Shown here piece by piece: positions 1 to 15,803 of a DNA stretch of 64,000 nucleotides. Each line of letters begins with the position of its first letter. The first letter of the stretch is position 1. The stretch is from the NCBI GenBank assembly GCA_012295275.1, contig CM022669.1, positions 9,424,001 through 9,488,000 on the forward strand, in the 5' to 3' direction. Under the pieces are notes generated by a model. The model saw only the letters and a list, made by a program, of their open reading frames with translations, was not told the origin of the DNA and ran no database searches. The stretch comes from Chrysomallon squamiferum. Lineage: Eukaryota > Animalia > Mollusca. Position numbers and translations under genes: made by a program.

Positions 1-25
1 CAGCGCGAGTTCACCAAAAGATTAC

Positions 26-157
26 CTTCAAGAGAAAATCCGTCATTTGAGCCTGACGTCTCCGCGAAGAGTCTTTTGTAGCTACGAAGTTAATCCTCCG
101 TGTTCTGTAACCGTCGTCACTTGTACGTCTGCTGAAAACACAGCTCAAGCAGTCCAT
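26..157 (-). CDS. Possible first coding exon of a gene continuing beyond the left edge (MDCLSCVFSRRTSDDGYRTRRINFVATKDSSRRRQAQMTDFLLK)
   Basis: Non-repetitive sequence with ATG at 157, 44 open codons, then AAG|GTAATC donor (phase 0). An acceptor-like CAG lies about 70 nt upstream. No family recognised. Confidence 0.3.
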
Positions 158-839
158 TAGGTCTGGTGTCTAGGGACAACGAGGACAATATCCATCTTTT
201 CATTTTCTTAAATTTCTGTTCTGCAGCTGTGTACACACAATGACACACCTGCGTCATATATTCAAATACACATCCATCAATCAATCCATCCACACACACA
301 CACACACACACACTCACATGAATTCATACCCATAAACAGCCGTCTATTTAATTTTAAGAGAAAAAAAAGAGTATAAAATAAAATGAAAAATGAAAAAGGG
401 ATCGAAAACGAAAAAAAGCCATTATTAATGCCCGGGCTATAAAATAGGTTTCCAAATCTCTGTGAACAATCTCACTTCCCGATAGCGGACGGAAAACCTG
501 AAGCCATAAAAAGAAAAATCTGTCTCCGGTTTTTCCTTCATTAGAAAGGCGAGGAACGGAGATCTAAGAACAGTTTTTTTATCTAGGAACGAAAAATGAT
601 TCGTTTATTCAGTGAAGTGAAAACTTTATTATTTGACAGTTTCACGAAAGCTTGTGTGACTAATAATGTCATGAAAACTATTAAAGAAACGTATTACTAC
701 TATTACTTCTTTACTACTACTAGTATTACTATTATTGCTATTACTACTGTTGCTTCTTCTGCTTCAGCTATTACTATTATTATTGTTATTGTTATTGTTA
801 TTGTTATTGTTATTATTATTATTATTGTTGTTGTTGTTG

Positions 840-876
<37 letters not shown>

Positions 877-901
877 AATTATTACTATTATTATCTACAT
901 T

Positions 902-1259
902 ATGAGACGATTTAGCAGGAATCCGAAAACGGCCATCTGAGTAAAGCAAAATGTTTAGAAGTAAAATTTCTATTATTATCAGTAATACTAGTATTGTTGT
1001 AGTTGTTTTATTAATATCATTATCTTCGTCATTATAATTTTTGTAGACATAATTTTAAATGTTAGACAGATACACACACACACACACACAGACACACAAA
1101 CACACACACACACACACACACACAGAGAGTTTAGCCATTTAAAGTCACAGTTTGTCTCTGGGGGTGAATGCAGTATGATCATAAATACATTAGTCCAGAG
1201 TAATTTATATTTTACGACAGCTGAAACTAAATGTCGTTTTAAATAAATAAACAAACAAA

Positions 1260-1294
<35 letters not shown>

Positions 1295-1446
1295 AAACGT
1301 TTCTGAAACAAAGTAAAAGGAAAACGTACAACTCAAGTTACTTCGTGTCTGTGACTTGAAACCATCAATCAAGTGGAAATTTTATTTCTAAACATTATTG
1401 CTTTTCTCAGACGGCCGTTTTTCGGATTGCTGCTAAATCGTCTCAT
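902..1446. repeat. ~70-bp inverted repeat pair (902-970 and 1376-1446), possible foldback/MITE remnant
   Basis: ATGAGACGATTTAGCAGGAATCCGAAAACGGCCATCTGAG...AAAATTTC at 902-970 matches the reverse complement of 1376-1446 with a few mismatches/indels. No clear target-site duplication. Confidence 0.7.
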
Positions 1447-1896
1447 CGAATTCATTTCGAACTTCTTCTTGTAGCGCTGTATCATCCGGCGGTAAATTGG
1501 TTCATAAGAACGCTTCATTATTGCGTCGACCGGTTCTTCGAAATAGCGAGAAGAACGACAAACGGGCGCAAATCCATCATTGTCAGCCGTTTGCGGCACT
1601 TCCTGTGAATCGGATATGGAATGCGCCAAGACAGCCAATTACTGGCCGCGAAAGAGCGTGCATTACCACTGAACATTAAAATGCGTTTTTCAGTTGGCTT
1701 TTTCAGTCAGTCTGCTTTCAGAAAACACTGTTTACTTTCGTTCCCCTGTATTAATTTATTGTTAAATTTTAAGGTTTCTTTGTTTGTTTGTTTGTTTGTT
1801 TGTTTGTTTATTTATTTATTTATTTATTTATTTATAATTTGCAATTCATTGTAAATGAACATGGTATGTTCTAATAAATTCATTGCTTTAAATAAC

Positions 1897-1957
<61 letters not shown>

Positions 1958-2219
1958 ATACTCGTCGATATCATCTTATTTAATTTTATTTATTTATTTA
2001 TTTTTTATTTACTTCCTTTACACTGTTCTTACTGATTGTTGCGGGTTTTCTGAATTCGTTGAAGATTTTCATGAATTAATTAATATTTTGAACTGAAAAT
2101 GCTGTAAATTGTTTTCTGTTTAGTTGAGGGTTCGTTTGGTACAGAATGTACAAGGAAGTTACGTCTGCTGTTTTTTCATATCTAAACTAAACATTAATAA
2201 GAGATGAACTGTACAAAAT

Positions 2220-2332
2220 AAACACAGAGACCGCTGCTAATTTAAATACACTTTCATACTGTTAATACAAATGTGACCCTTTACCATGAAATGTTAATAT
2301 TTACTTACTATTATGTGTTCTTATTTGTAACG

Positions 2333-2400
<68 letters not shown>
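2220..2400 (+). repeat. Dispersed repeat with (AAT)n tail, copy 1
   Basis: ACAGAGA..CTGCTAATTTAAAT..TTAATACAA.TGTGACC..ATGAAATGT..TGTGTTCTTATTTGTAA followed by (AAT)n; a diverged copy is at ~26087-26292. Confidence 0.6.
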
Positions 2401-2430
<30 letters not shown>

Positions 2431-3785
2431 AGTCATCATCATTGTAATAAATGTTATTAATATTATTACTGTTATTTGTTTGTTGTAGTTATTTTGACAT
2501 TCTTTTTTTTTTGGTTTGTAGCTTTAAAAATATATAAAAATGAATGAATGAATGAATGAATAGTAAAAACTATGCTGATATGGCATTTTAAAATCAGAAG
2601 ATGACAGCTTAACACGTTTATAAAAACTTAATTTGATACACAACAGTAAATAAACTTTGTAATTATATGTATTTTGTATTCAACTTTAATATTTTAAATA
2701 TTTTGCAGAATCTTAAAATCTCAGAATTACAAAAGTTAATATTACAAGAGTCTAGAGTCATTTTTTATTTGTGTCTTCAGGTACCAATTATTTCAAGGAT
2801 GAAGGACTGACATATTTACATTAAAAAAATTAATCAGAAATATATCTCTTGTTTTACTGATTTGTTTTGCTATTTAGATAGGAGAAATAAATTTAATTTA
2901 TAAAGTTTAAGTACTTCAGGAATAACTGACTCTTAAAAATAAAACATACACAATTATCACGTTAGTGGAAAGAAATTAAAGTTACTATTGTTGTGATAAC
3001 ATTTAAAGAGAAAAATATAATTAAGATTTTTTTTTTTTAAATTTTAAATATAAACAAGCATCCGTTCATTATGTTAGCAACTAAAATCCATCCCAGTGGT
3101 TGGTTTGTCTCTGTTAAATCCATTCTTTGTTAAGTTTAATAGTACAGAAATATAACAGACATAAATTTTAATATAAGATCAAAGTAAGTTTACATTATTT
3201 ACTAAATAGATTAAATTCGTGATGGTAAAAGAAGCCTCTGAAGTAGATAGGAAGATACTAAAAACTTTATTTATTTATTTTTTATTTGTCCGTATTCGAC
3301 TGAGCCACTGACTCTGAAATAATCATGGCAAACATTCCAGTCTCCTGAACTAATACTCATATAAAAAAAACTCAATTTAAATTAACGTTTACGACAACAC
3401 TTACGTCTCTCTTAGATTTACGTTCCAGACTACACTTAAATATTTCTATGAACGTAGTTGTTTTATTGTACGTATACAACTTACTGCGCTAACTAGCAAG
3501 AAGAAAATTTTTTTTTTGTCTAAATCGACCAGTTCCTCACTCAGCCACATTTCTCTTCTTATTTCTCCCGTCCTCGCGGACACTTGACCTTATCTTTGAC
3601 TGACTACAATTAATGGACCAAGTAGCTATTCGCTTCCGGTCTTCATTAGCTCCCCTCCTTTACAAAAGAGTTCTCGGCACAGAGAGTTATTGAACTTGTC
3701 ACTTCTGACTGTGAATTTCTGTCAATGTACCTAATGAAATCTCTGAAAGATTAATACTTAACATTTGTATTTCTCAGTTCGAGTA

Positions 3786-3827
<42 letters not shown>

Positions 3828-4179
3828 TATAATAAAAGACATTTTGCCCAGTGTGTTAATGAATCTATAGAACTTGGAAAAAGAAAAAAACGAAGATAAC
3901 TTATTTACTTTCTGCCATTTTTCTAAAATTGTTTTTCTGTGAAATATCAAATCAAATAAAGTCGTCTATTAAGCACTCAAGAATAAAGTTTTAGAAATAA
4001 TTTACTAAATTATAGTGAAATTCTTTATGCATTTTAAAACACTTAAGCAATTGATTTTCTTTCTTTTTTTTTCTCTCTGTTCTGGATTTTTTCCCCCCTG
4101 TTATTTGATTTTTAAACACTTTTTTATTATCAGTTTTCAGGTTCATTTTTATTAATTAATTAATTAATTAATTAATTTA

Positions 4180-4249
<70 letters not shown>

Positions 4250-4574
4250 CATTATTTCTTTTCTTTTTTTCTTCTGACTTTTGATTTCCCCCCTACACCT
4301 TTTAACATAAACTCTCTTCATTATTTTCCCATGATTTTGTTCAATTTCGAACCGTTAATAAATGTTTTTGTAAGCTGTCCCGTGATTGGCTGATACGGAA
4401 GAGTTATCGGTTAGTTCATGATTCACTTCCCTAAGGTGCAATTGGCAGAAGGAAGCGAGTGTTTGATAGAAATAACTGCTGCTCACAGAGGTCGCAACCA
4501 CATCGATTTCACAATCTGAAAACTCCTTTGGGGAACTGTGACGTCGTACAGAGTCATCATTTAAATGTTGTTAT

Positions 4575-4647
<73 letters not shown>

Positions 4648-4718
4648 CAGACAATGATAGACTGACAGAAGGACATACAGTTATAGGCACAGAAAAACAT
4701 ACACACAGACACACAGAC

Positions 4719-4757
<39 letters not shown>

Positions 4758-4759
4758 TA

Positions 4760-4817
<58 letters not shown>

Positions 4818-5619
4818 TTTTCTCTCCATTCTTTCATACATCCTTGAACCAAACTATTTTCTACACACTTGTACATTATAATTAACTTAATGACTGAAAA
4901 CATTTGTCTCTACATTTATCTTTATCCACATCACTTACGACTTTGTATTTTATTATTCTTTACATTACTTCATGTCTTTTAATCTAAAGAGGCAAAGTTG
5001 AGTTCTAGGGAAAACAAAAATCATCAACAATCAAATCAATGTAACGTCGTGCAATTACATACGAAACAAAGACAAAACAGTTGTTAAAAATATATTCTTA
5101 ATATTAAAAGAAAAAAAATGAAAAAAATTCTTCATAAATTTTTTTTTTTATTATTATTTTTTTGTTTCCACTTATTTGGTTTCTCTGAAGAAGAATATTG
5201 TTGATATGATGGCCATAAAGCGAAAAATGGCTAAATTAATAGCGAGTTGACATTTTCTCTGATGGAACAATCGTTTGAAGTATGGTGGCGTCTGGTGCAA
5301 AGGTTTTTAATCTTTGATATTTGATCTTCTAACAGGAGACGATGAAAATAACTTTGTCATTATCAGGTACAGAACCTTTGAAGACGTTCAGTTGATGTGT
5401 GTGGCTTGGAGTAAGAGAATATATGTGTATGAGTTTGTGTGGGTATGGGTATGTATGAACATGTGTGTTTGTGTCAATGTGTGTGTGTGTGTGTGTCTGT
5501 GTGATTGTGTGAAAGTTTGTCTGTGTTTAAGTAAAGTTTGTGTCTTTATAATGATTTTGCATTCATTAACGTAACCATTGTAACCATTGTAAACATGTTC
5601 TGCTCCTTTCTGTATCTCT

Positions 5620-5703
<84 letters not shown>

Positions 5704-5872
5704 CTCAATGTCTCTCTCTGCGTCTGTTTCTCTCTGTCTCTCTCTGCATCTGTTTCTCTCTATCTCTGTCTGTTTCTGTCTCTCTATCTTTCTCTCTGTG
5801 TCTGTTTGTATCTCTGTGTACCTGTCTCTCTGTCTTTCCCTATGTCTGTCTCTCTTTCTATACATGTACTGG

Positions 5873-5912
<40 letters not shown>

Positions 5913-6564
5913 GATCACAAAGATGAAGTCATGTGTTATAAATCTTTGATCTGTCATTTCTGTGTACGCGGAAATCTGCACGTAACTGTTTCTATTTATA
6001 CCGTTAAGAATTTAGATACACATAAGATCCCCACCAAAATATATATATATATATATGTATGTTCTCTCTTAAAGATATGATTTGTCGTTTAATCAATTTT
6101 CCTCTGTCAACAGAAGAAGAGAAAGTCAGTGTATATTATCTGTGAATGTAATGATTTCCATACTGCAAGAGACAGCTGGATGCACGGTTATGTAACGTTG
6201 TAGAGAAAGTCAATGGTTACGGTGACGTTAAGTAAACAACGTTAACTAACAGAGTGTTTGAAGAAGAAAAATCGATTCATGAATTTAAAGATTGGCCAAC
6301 TAGTCTCGAGAGTTTATTATTGTTATTATTAATTTTATTTAATTTTTAGTATTTTTTTTTTTTTTTTTTTTTGAGATTTTTTGAGATTTTTATATTTTAT
6401 ATAATATCCATTATTGTTACGATTTAAGAATGATTCCATTGAAAATGTTTAGTTTTGTATATTTACCTTTAGTAATAAATGAATGAATTAGTTTGTGTAT
6501 CTCTACATACAAAATAATTTAATGTTGTGAGTTATAATTTATGTATAATAATACTATTATTACA

Positions 6565-6628
<64 letters not shown>

Positions 6629-6637
6629 TAAATAAAA

Positions 6638-6669
<32 letters not shown>

Positions 6670-6726
6670 AATAACATCATCTCCAGCAGCAGTAACGACA
6701 ACGAACAACAATAATAAGAATAATTA

Positions 6727-6757
<31 letters not shown>

Positions 6758-7079
6758 ATATATTAAAAATTGAAGCATAAAAATAATATACATCTACCGG
6801 GTTCAGAAACTGATGATGGAAATATGGATTTGAAGTACTTCATTTTATGCATGAGATATGCAGATAGCTTTATTTACTGACGTGAATTGGAAATTATTTG
6901 ACAGGCATCATACTGGTCAGCGGTTTTGAAAAGAAGGAGAGAAAAGAGAAGATTATAATCTGTCATCGTTTTATCGCGTTGTCGAATGAATGACAGGTAA
7001 TTTATAAAATCGAAATTCGAATAGAAAAATGAAGCAAACTATCAAAAACAAACTAAAAGAAAATAAGTAAGAGAGAGTC

Positions 7080-7190
<111 letters not shown>

Positions 7191-9539
7191 AATGCAGACG
7201 AACAGCAATGGAAAGTAAATTTTTTTAAATATATAATTTAATGTTCTGACGAATATCAAAGAAAATAAATAAATAAATAAATAATACTATAAAACATTTC
7301 AACCAGATATATTGACAGATAGACAGACAGATAGTCAGATAGATATTTTACAAATTCAGTGTAAATTCGGTTTATTCCGTTGGTCGTAAAACGCGACGAA
7401 AAGATTTGGATGACGTAATTAATGACGTCATAACATTGTTTACCGCGAAAGACTCCACGGTGGCACATTGTTAATAGCTTTAACCAAAGACGTAAGTTAA
7501 TTAATTAATTAATTAATTAATTAATTCATTTATTTATTGTTCATTAATTTAATAGTTATCTTTTCAAATGAAAATGTTCGACGTTTGTTTTATTTATTAA
7601 ACATGTTTAATATTTTTCATGTGTTTTTAAAATTATTAATCTACTTTTTAATATAGTATATAGATTTGCTTTAAAAGTGAATACTATATAAATATTTTCT
7701 TCTTCTTGAATACTATATAAATATTTTCTTCTTCTTCTTCTTCTTATTATTATATAATATTTTATTTAAAATATTTTTTTTTATGTTTTGACAAGAAGCG
7801 CATACACACAAAGACACATAAATATACTAATACAGATACACACATACGTGTATACCCTCATACGCACAGAAGCACACACACACAGAAACATACACACGTA
7901 CTTTCATACGCACACACACACATACCCTCATACACACAGAAACACACACAAACTGGAATGAGAGCTTGTTTCGAAATGTCAGATTTGAAATTATGATTAT
8001 TTATAGCAGCAAACGTTATGCTTATCAGCTGTTTTGTTGTTCATACGTAAACCCCGACACTATTAACGTAATAACAGCAACGACGACAACATTACCAAAT
8101 GATACAAATTATTCTCCTGTGATACTGTAACGTGCTGTGTAACAATACTAATTACACTTAATGAACACGTCAGTGTCAGCGTCTCTCTACGGCTGAGTGA
8201 ACCACGTTGTTGTTTATTGTCAGACTCAGTCTGTGGTCCATTGTTGATCACTTCCAGTAAGTCACGTGTGAAACAGCTTCATGAATATTAATAAAAAAAA
8301 AAAAAAAAAAAAAAAACACAACTAATTAGTGTACACTGTAAACTGAAAAAAAAAATAAACACAATAACATACACACGCACATTCACATACATACAAATAC
8401 ATAAACACAAACACTGCCACATACAAACACACTCAGAGACACGTTCATAATTATACACAGTATTTTTTTATATGCTCCAGTGTTTATTTGGGTTGTGAAC
8501 AGATTTGTGACGAAGTTATCAGTCCGACAAATCTGCGTCCTCGGCGCTCTATCAGAGAATTAATTTATTTTTATCTTGTATTAAATTAAAACTTCAGTGG
8601 AATAAATAAATGTGTGCGTGTGTGTATTTGTGTTGTGTGTGTGTGTGTGTGTGTGTGTCTGAGATATTGTGTTTATTTGTGCATACGTATATTTGTGTGT
8701 AGTAATGCTCTGTGTATGTCTGTGCTGTATGTGTGTATGTGTGTGTATGTAAATAAATATATATATATATATATGTGCGCGTATATCTCTATGTGTGAAT
8801 TTGTGTATGTGTATATATGTGCGTGTGTGTATGTGTGTGTCAATATGTATGTATTTGTTTTTGTCTGTGTCTGTGTCTGTGTGTATGTGTGTGCTCCTGT
8901 ATGTATTTTTTTCTGTGAGACACACATTACTGATTCAGCATCTTGGCATATACAAAAAAAAAAGTTAATAATTTTTGTTATATATGTGAATCGCCCACAC
9001 ACACTCAAACGTATAAAACATGATTAATAATTACAAAGTCACATTTTATAAAGAAAGAAAAAAGAAAGTTAAAAGTAGTTCATAAGAACACATCATTTCT
9101 GATGAACTCTCGTTTTAATTAGCTTCCCGATAAGTTGCGAGATTTACAGATAACAGCTATTAATGACTGATCACCTTGTTATCTGCATCGCAAGCGACTT
9201 TAGTATTCTCAGAAGCGGCTGCCACTGCCATAAAGCACTTGGATGCGCTTCAGAAATAGGCGGAAATCAATAAATAATACCTGACGCTGGAGAAAAATAT
9301 GCTGAGATCAAAAGGAGCATATTAATGGAAAGTCTCAACAAAATGCAGCTATGTCAGAAGTATAATCTTTCTTTAATAGAAGAAAAACAATCGAGGAACA
9401 AAAATATCTTGTCAAATTTAGAGATAGTAGAAATAGAATAAGAAAAAAAATAACAGTAATATAATAACAGTAGTAGTAATAATAATAGCGAAAGGAGACT
9501 TATTAATGTTTAGTATTAGTAGAAGTCGTAGTAGTAGTG

Positions 9540-9586
<47 letters not shown>

Positions 9587-10117
9587 CATAATAATAATAA
9601 TAATGACAGCAACAATAACAACAGTAAAATAAATAAGTAAAAACAATTTTAGAATCTAAACCAAAAATAAAGGGTAATTTTTGAAAAAGGTTCAAGGTCG
9701 TTGAAAATATCAGGTTGAATATGACCATTGATTGTACATATCTCGTGTATTTATTTATGACGTTAAGCAGAAGTCTATTAATAATGAACTTAGAGCGATG
9801 TTCTGAATGGAAAGCTAAACTGTTTCTTGCAATCGAATACTCCTTGAAGAAAGGTTACGTGTTTCCTCTCTGACAGTCTGACACTGACAAACAACATACT
9901 AGTTTTCTAATAAGTGTCATACCGAACATAAGTTTCGTTATTCATTCTGAATTAAAACAACAAAATAAAATAACAATAATAACGTTCAGTATTTCTTCTA
10001 AATGTTGCATAGCTAATAAAGACAGGGTGAAAACAGATACAGATCAAATAGATCTCGGCGACAGTTCGTTTAATCGTGTAGGTATGAAATTATCTAAAAG
10101 CAGAGAGAGGAACGTAT

Positions 10118-10164
<47 letters not shown>

Positions 10165-10227
10165 TTATTAATATTATTGTTGTTGATTTTGTTGCTTTTA
10201 CAGTTTTTGTTTCTTTTGTCATTTCTG

Positions 10228-10261
<34 letters not shown>

Positions 10262-10289
10262 TGCTACTACATTATTATTATTATTATTA

Positions 10290-10345
<56 letters not shown>

Positions 10346-10365
10346 TACTACTACTACTGCTACTA

Positions 10366-10396
<31 letters not shown>

Positions 10397-10398
10397 TT

Positions 10399-10436
<38 letters not shown>

Positions 10437-10845
10437 TGTAAAAAATATATTATAGTGTAACATCAGCCACAGAACCTTTATTTTATCTTCATTTTTTTAA
10501 AAATAAAAATAACACTTCAGAGGAAACAGCTAGATTTAAGTTGACATTAGACATCACGTGACATTTCAGATTTATTTTAAAAGTCATGCATTACTGGCTC
10601 AGGCACAAATGACTCAATCAGTCCGTCGATGGTGTTTGATCCTTGATCGACCGCACAGCGAGTGATTTCGTTATCACTTAGTGCGCCTCGTGAAAAGTCG
10701 AGATTTTAGACAAGTCAGCTGACAGCTGTTACAAGGTCACAGCAAACGTAGACGTCGGTATTGACCACGTCATACAACAACGTTTTCGGTTTTACTTCTT
10801 TAGTAACTGTGCAACTTGTAGTTGACATAGACTTTTATAACTATT

Positions 10846-10977
<132 letters not shown>

Positions 10978-10980
10978 ACT

Positions 10981-11056
10981 TACCATTTATTAGTGAGTGT
11001 ATTATATGTTCAAACGTGTTCAATTAGAAGTATATACCTTTTTATATCTGTGTATC
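10981..11056 (+). repeat. Dispersed repeat following (CT)n, copy 1
   Basis: TACCATTTATTAGTGAGTGTATTATATGTTCAAACGTGTTCAATTAGAAGTATATACC...TATATCTGTGTATC is nearly identical to 22588-22662. Both copies directly follow a long (CT)n. Confidence 0.75.
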
Positions 11057-14000
11057 TATAACACATGTATGCACACACACTCACACTCATTTTTAGGTTT
11101 ACAGTTTCTATAATGTGGAGAATGAACTGTAATTGTAACAAACACAACAACAACTGTTACTAATGCGAGGACGAATACTGTTACTACGACCACGATTATT
11201 ACTACTGAGACTACAACAACTTAGATAATAGTTACTGCTACTATTACACTGTCATTCTTGTCATAATTATAAATTATAATTTAAATAACAACAACAACAA
11301 CAACAACAACACTAATAATAATAATAATAATAATAATAGTAATAGTAATAGTAATAATAATAATAATAATAATAAGATAAATAATAACAACAACAATAAT
11401 ACTAATAATGAATGAATGAATCAATAAATGAAAAAAGAAGAAGAAGATACTGTAGAAAATAAAGGAACAACAATTTACAAATTTACAAATTATCTTCACG
11501 TGTTGAAGTGTGAAATTATTTGTTCTGGTTTTAAAACAACAAATTACCTTGTCTCATTTACCTAACAACATTTACTTCAGTGCTAGTAACGTAAATCAAC
11601 GAGGTTTTGTTAAGAGAGTAAACGCTGTAATTTAAATAATAACGTTAATTCGATGTTTTGTCGTCACTTAATGTTAAAACGCGTAAAGTTCCTTTCATTA
11701 ACATTCCTGTACAAGTGAGAATAAATATTGTTAACATTACACATTTATACTTTCCATCCATTCATCCATCCATCCATCCATCCATCCATCCATCCATCTA
11801 CCCATCCATCTCCACCCATCCATCCATCCATCCATCCTTCTACCCATCCAAATGCCTCGTTCCCTGATTGTCGTGACTGTCTCTGAACTTCCTTCTCTCT
11901 CTCTTCTCTCTCTCTCTCTCCTTCTGTCACTCCTTTCGCATCTTTCATTTCGATCCAGACATTCGTTCTTGCACTTCATCCTGTTTGTTTTAAAGACAGC
12001 TAATTAATTACAACCACTCATAAATAAACCAATGTTTTATCGAGAAAAAAGAAAAATGAAAAACAAATACCTGAAAGAAAAAAAAGGTAACAGTAAAGAA
12101 AAAGACTGTTATACAGATGAAAGAAGAAGAAGAAGAAGAAGAAGAAGAATGCAAGGGATAGAGAGAAGAATATGAAACATTTTACGCAGTCGCTTGGCGA
12201 GGTCTGTACTTCAGTTAGGTTTCAGTCTAGTGCTAGAGAGCTCTTTGCTGCAGTCTTAACCCGAGAGCGATCAATCCCTGATAATTACATCAATTGCTAG
12301 TCATATTTACTCCAGTCCCGCGTTTGACAATACCCACTTTATATCAACGAAGCCTGGTCGATGCAAGATGATCAAAACCTTTCGTTTTCTTTCGCTCTTT
12401 TACAAGACGATGCCACAGCCAGTAGCTTAAAGCGGCGCGAAAACAATAGAGTAAAGAAAGAACCGAAGAAGAGGGAGAGAGAGAGAGAGAGAGAGGACAG
12501 AAGCGGAGAAAACGACTGTGCGCGCACCCGATGTCACGTGATGTACGGATATTTTATAAGTAATATAAGAGGAATGAAAAAAAAGAAAAGAAATAGCCAG
12601 TCAATATTTTACAGTTTCGCACAGTGGTTAATAAGCCATACATGTTACTGTAGCGTTTAATAGTGTGACGGTCATTACAAGCCATCGATCTGTGTTTTCC
12701 TGCGCGCTGTTTTCCGCCGATACAAACAAAGTGTACGGTGAAGCCACAATATGTTACCAGTGTGACATTTATTCCGATAGCTTTCTGCGAGTCACCAGAC
12801 CTGTGGGGGAAAAAGAAACACGAAGGTAGGGAGTCTGTGACGAGACAGTTAGATTTAATATTTTATACCAAGATGACGTTAGCTGGTCGTAATGTTAATT
12901 ACGATTACCGTTTCGACCGAAGGATGATTCCATTAGAAAAACCGAGTTGAGAGGTTCTGTGAGAACTGGACTGTACAAAATTACATACCTTTATTTACTG
13001 TGTGTGAAAAAAAATGTTTTGTGAGAATAATCGTGCAATGTATTTCGACGATGTTGGAACTGAGGATTCCTGAGTTATTGTTATTTTTCTGCGGACGTTT
13101 GTGCGGACGTTGGTCAGTTTGTTTGACCACAGCCAATCTGAGCGAATTCATTGTTGGATAATTATCCGTGAAGCACTGGCAGACAATTTGCAGTTGTGTT
13201 TGACATTCCAAGCGAAAGGGAAACGCTGGAGACGGAACACAATGGGAGGCGCCCAGTAATTGGAATTATTGATAAAACGACTACAACTGCTATTACAGTT
13301 GTGAAATAAAGAAAAAAAAAAAATAAAAAAAAAAAAAAAAACGTCAAGAAAAGCAAGAGAAAGCGTGTGAGAAAAAAAAAATATATATATAAAAAGAAAA
13401 AGGAATAAAGGAAGTAAAGAAGGAAGGAAGGAAATAACGAAAGTAAATGAGAAAAAAGAAAGCATAAAGGAAATAAACGGAAAAAAAAAGTAACAAAGAG
13501 GAAATATATAAAAAAAAAAAAAAAAATAACGAGGGACAGAATCAAAAGAGGAAGATATAAAGGTAAAGATTAAATAAAAAAAAAAAAAAAAAAAGCAGGA
13601 AAAATAACGTCAAATCATTACGCTACTTAAAATCACTTTGCTTCGAGAGAGAGATTACTAAGTCTCTAACGGTAAAAGAGCCAAACGGTCCCACAAGCCA
13701 AAGTGGAATCAACGAAGTCAAATATCATTCACTTGTGATTTCGTTTCATCACTGGTGGCCATTTATATATTGCAGAAACTTGCTCCCGTGGTCAGGCACT
13801 CGGCATTCAGCAATCAGTGGTGTTTTCTCCGGCGGGTCACTCAATTAAGCACGATAGCACGGAACACCGAAATCTAATCTGTCACAGGACGACGATAGAA
13901 GAAACTTCCACGAACACCGCTCGTCCATTAAAGTGTAATTCTCCAAGGTGTTAATGTCAGGCTTTATTAGTCAATCAACAGAGTGTATATAACGGTATTT

Positions 14001-15803
14001 GCGGCTGTTATTCCCGTTATCATCCAAAAACGTGTATTTTGTCGACGTTTAACGGTGATTTATATTTTATTCCGTTTATCTGCAAAGTGTAATTATTGAT
14101 AGGTCGTGTAAACGATGGTTTGCGATTTTTTACTCTGATTTGCACTGAGACATCGTTATAACGCCATTTGTAGTTGTTCTGTTTACATACATTGTGCATT
14201 TGTTGACACGTATAACGGTTTTTTTTTTTTTGTTTGTTTGTTTTTGTGCCATTATTTACAGTAATACAGGTTTGTAATTTTGTTAATCGATACGTAAAAC
14301 ACCCACGATAGTTCCAAGAATACTTCTAAATTCACAGTTAATAGATCCATTATTTATGACATTATACCTGTTAAAATACAGTAACAGTACTACATCTATC
14401 TTATTTACGACACACACAGTTTATCACGGACTATCCAAGCTTATATATAATTCTTGTTATTTACGAGATTTATTTAAAACACTTATATCATTTATCTAAA
14501 AAAAAATACGTCACAAATTTCTGTTTACTTCTGGACATCCCACGTGTTGAAACTTATTTATTAAAATTATATTTTCTATAATTAACAGTAAAATATAAAA
14601 TATTTGCCTGCAATATTACGTCACATAACAACAACAACACACACACACACACACATATATATAGATAGATCTTAGACTATCCTTCTTGTTTATCTTTTAT
14701 CATACGTCACAGACAGTTGTGGCGATGTTAAAAAATATGTAGTTATTAACTTACAAATTTACGTCACACTGAAGTATATGATTATATATACCCGGACATG
14801 TGACAGTTTATTTAAAACTGTGAAGAGAGATTCTCAGCTGATTCTTGGGTGATGGAATTAATAAGTCAAAGTGAAATTTTACTTTCATCTCTTTTCAAAG
14901 AGGATTTTGTCTTGTGATGTTTCAGAGGAATTTTGTGTCGCTATAAATCAGATACTTTTCGAGATGAGTGTTTAAAATGGTCAACATTGTGATAACATAT
15001 TTCGGGTTGAATTATATATGGTGTATATGCTTTAATATTTCACGTGCACGTTATAATGAATGACATTAAACTGCAATTCTGTTTTCTCTTAATCTGAGTG
15101 GATAAGTGACATACGACGAAAGGTAATCATTTTATATTCTCTTCAGTTTTGTGTTTAATGTTGAGAAATAATATTTAAATAATAACAACAACAAAATTTC
15201 TCAGCAGGGAAAATCTTAATAATATTAACTGAATGTTCATTCCGTAATGATCATCAAACCAACAGACTACAGAGAATTTGTGTTATTTCTTAAACTGGGA
15301 TATTTTCTTCGTACAACTGTGTAGAGCAAGAAAAACAGTGAAAGTTTTCTGACATCTATCTTCAGATCCAGGGAGTCACACAGAACGTAGAAAAAGCGTT
15401 GACAGTGGCTTCTTAACACATGGAAAAAAATAACAACAATTAGTGAAGTAATTTTTTTCTGACAACGTTTTAAGTAAAATATTTGACACCATTATTCGTA
15501 TGGAAGAAAGAAAAGAGCTTTGATGCTGAAATAATATTTGAAGTATTTTTTTGAACTTACACTTAAGTATTATTTTTAAACATATATTATCATTAACAAA
15601 TAGTTGTGAATATAAATTTTAAGCCAAACTAAGAGAAAAGACCGGTGTAAAAATAGAACAAAGTCTTGGGATTGTTTCACAAAATGCAGAATCGTTCCGT
15701 CCTCTGGCTACACCAGAATCTGTTACATTCTTAGCTAATAAAAAAAAAACAAAACACTGGTCGGTGTTTGGGTTGGGGTGCTTACCCGCCTGTCACATTC
15801 CAG

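Noticed and set aside
12180-14100. GC-richer unique islands upstream of ZIP (similar ones near 19.5-19.9, 30.3-30.7, 32.2-33.1 and 38.3-39.2 kb) as coding exons or RNA genes
   Set aside because: No convincing open frame with splice sites and no tRNA/rRNA/snRNA motifs recognised. They may be cis-regulatory or UTR exons, but the sequence alone cannot support a call.
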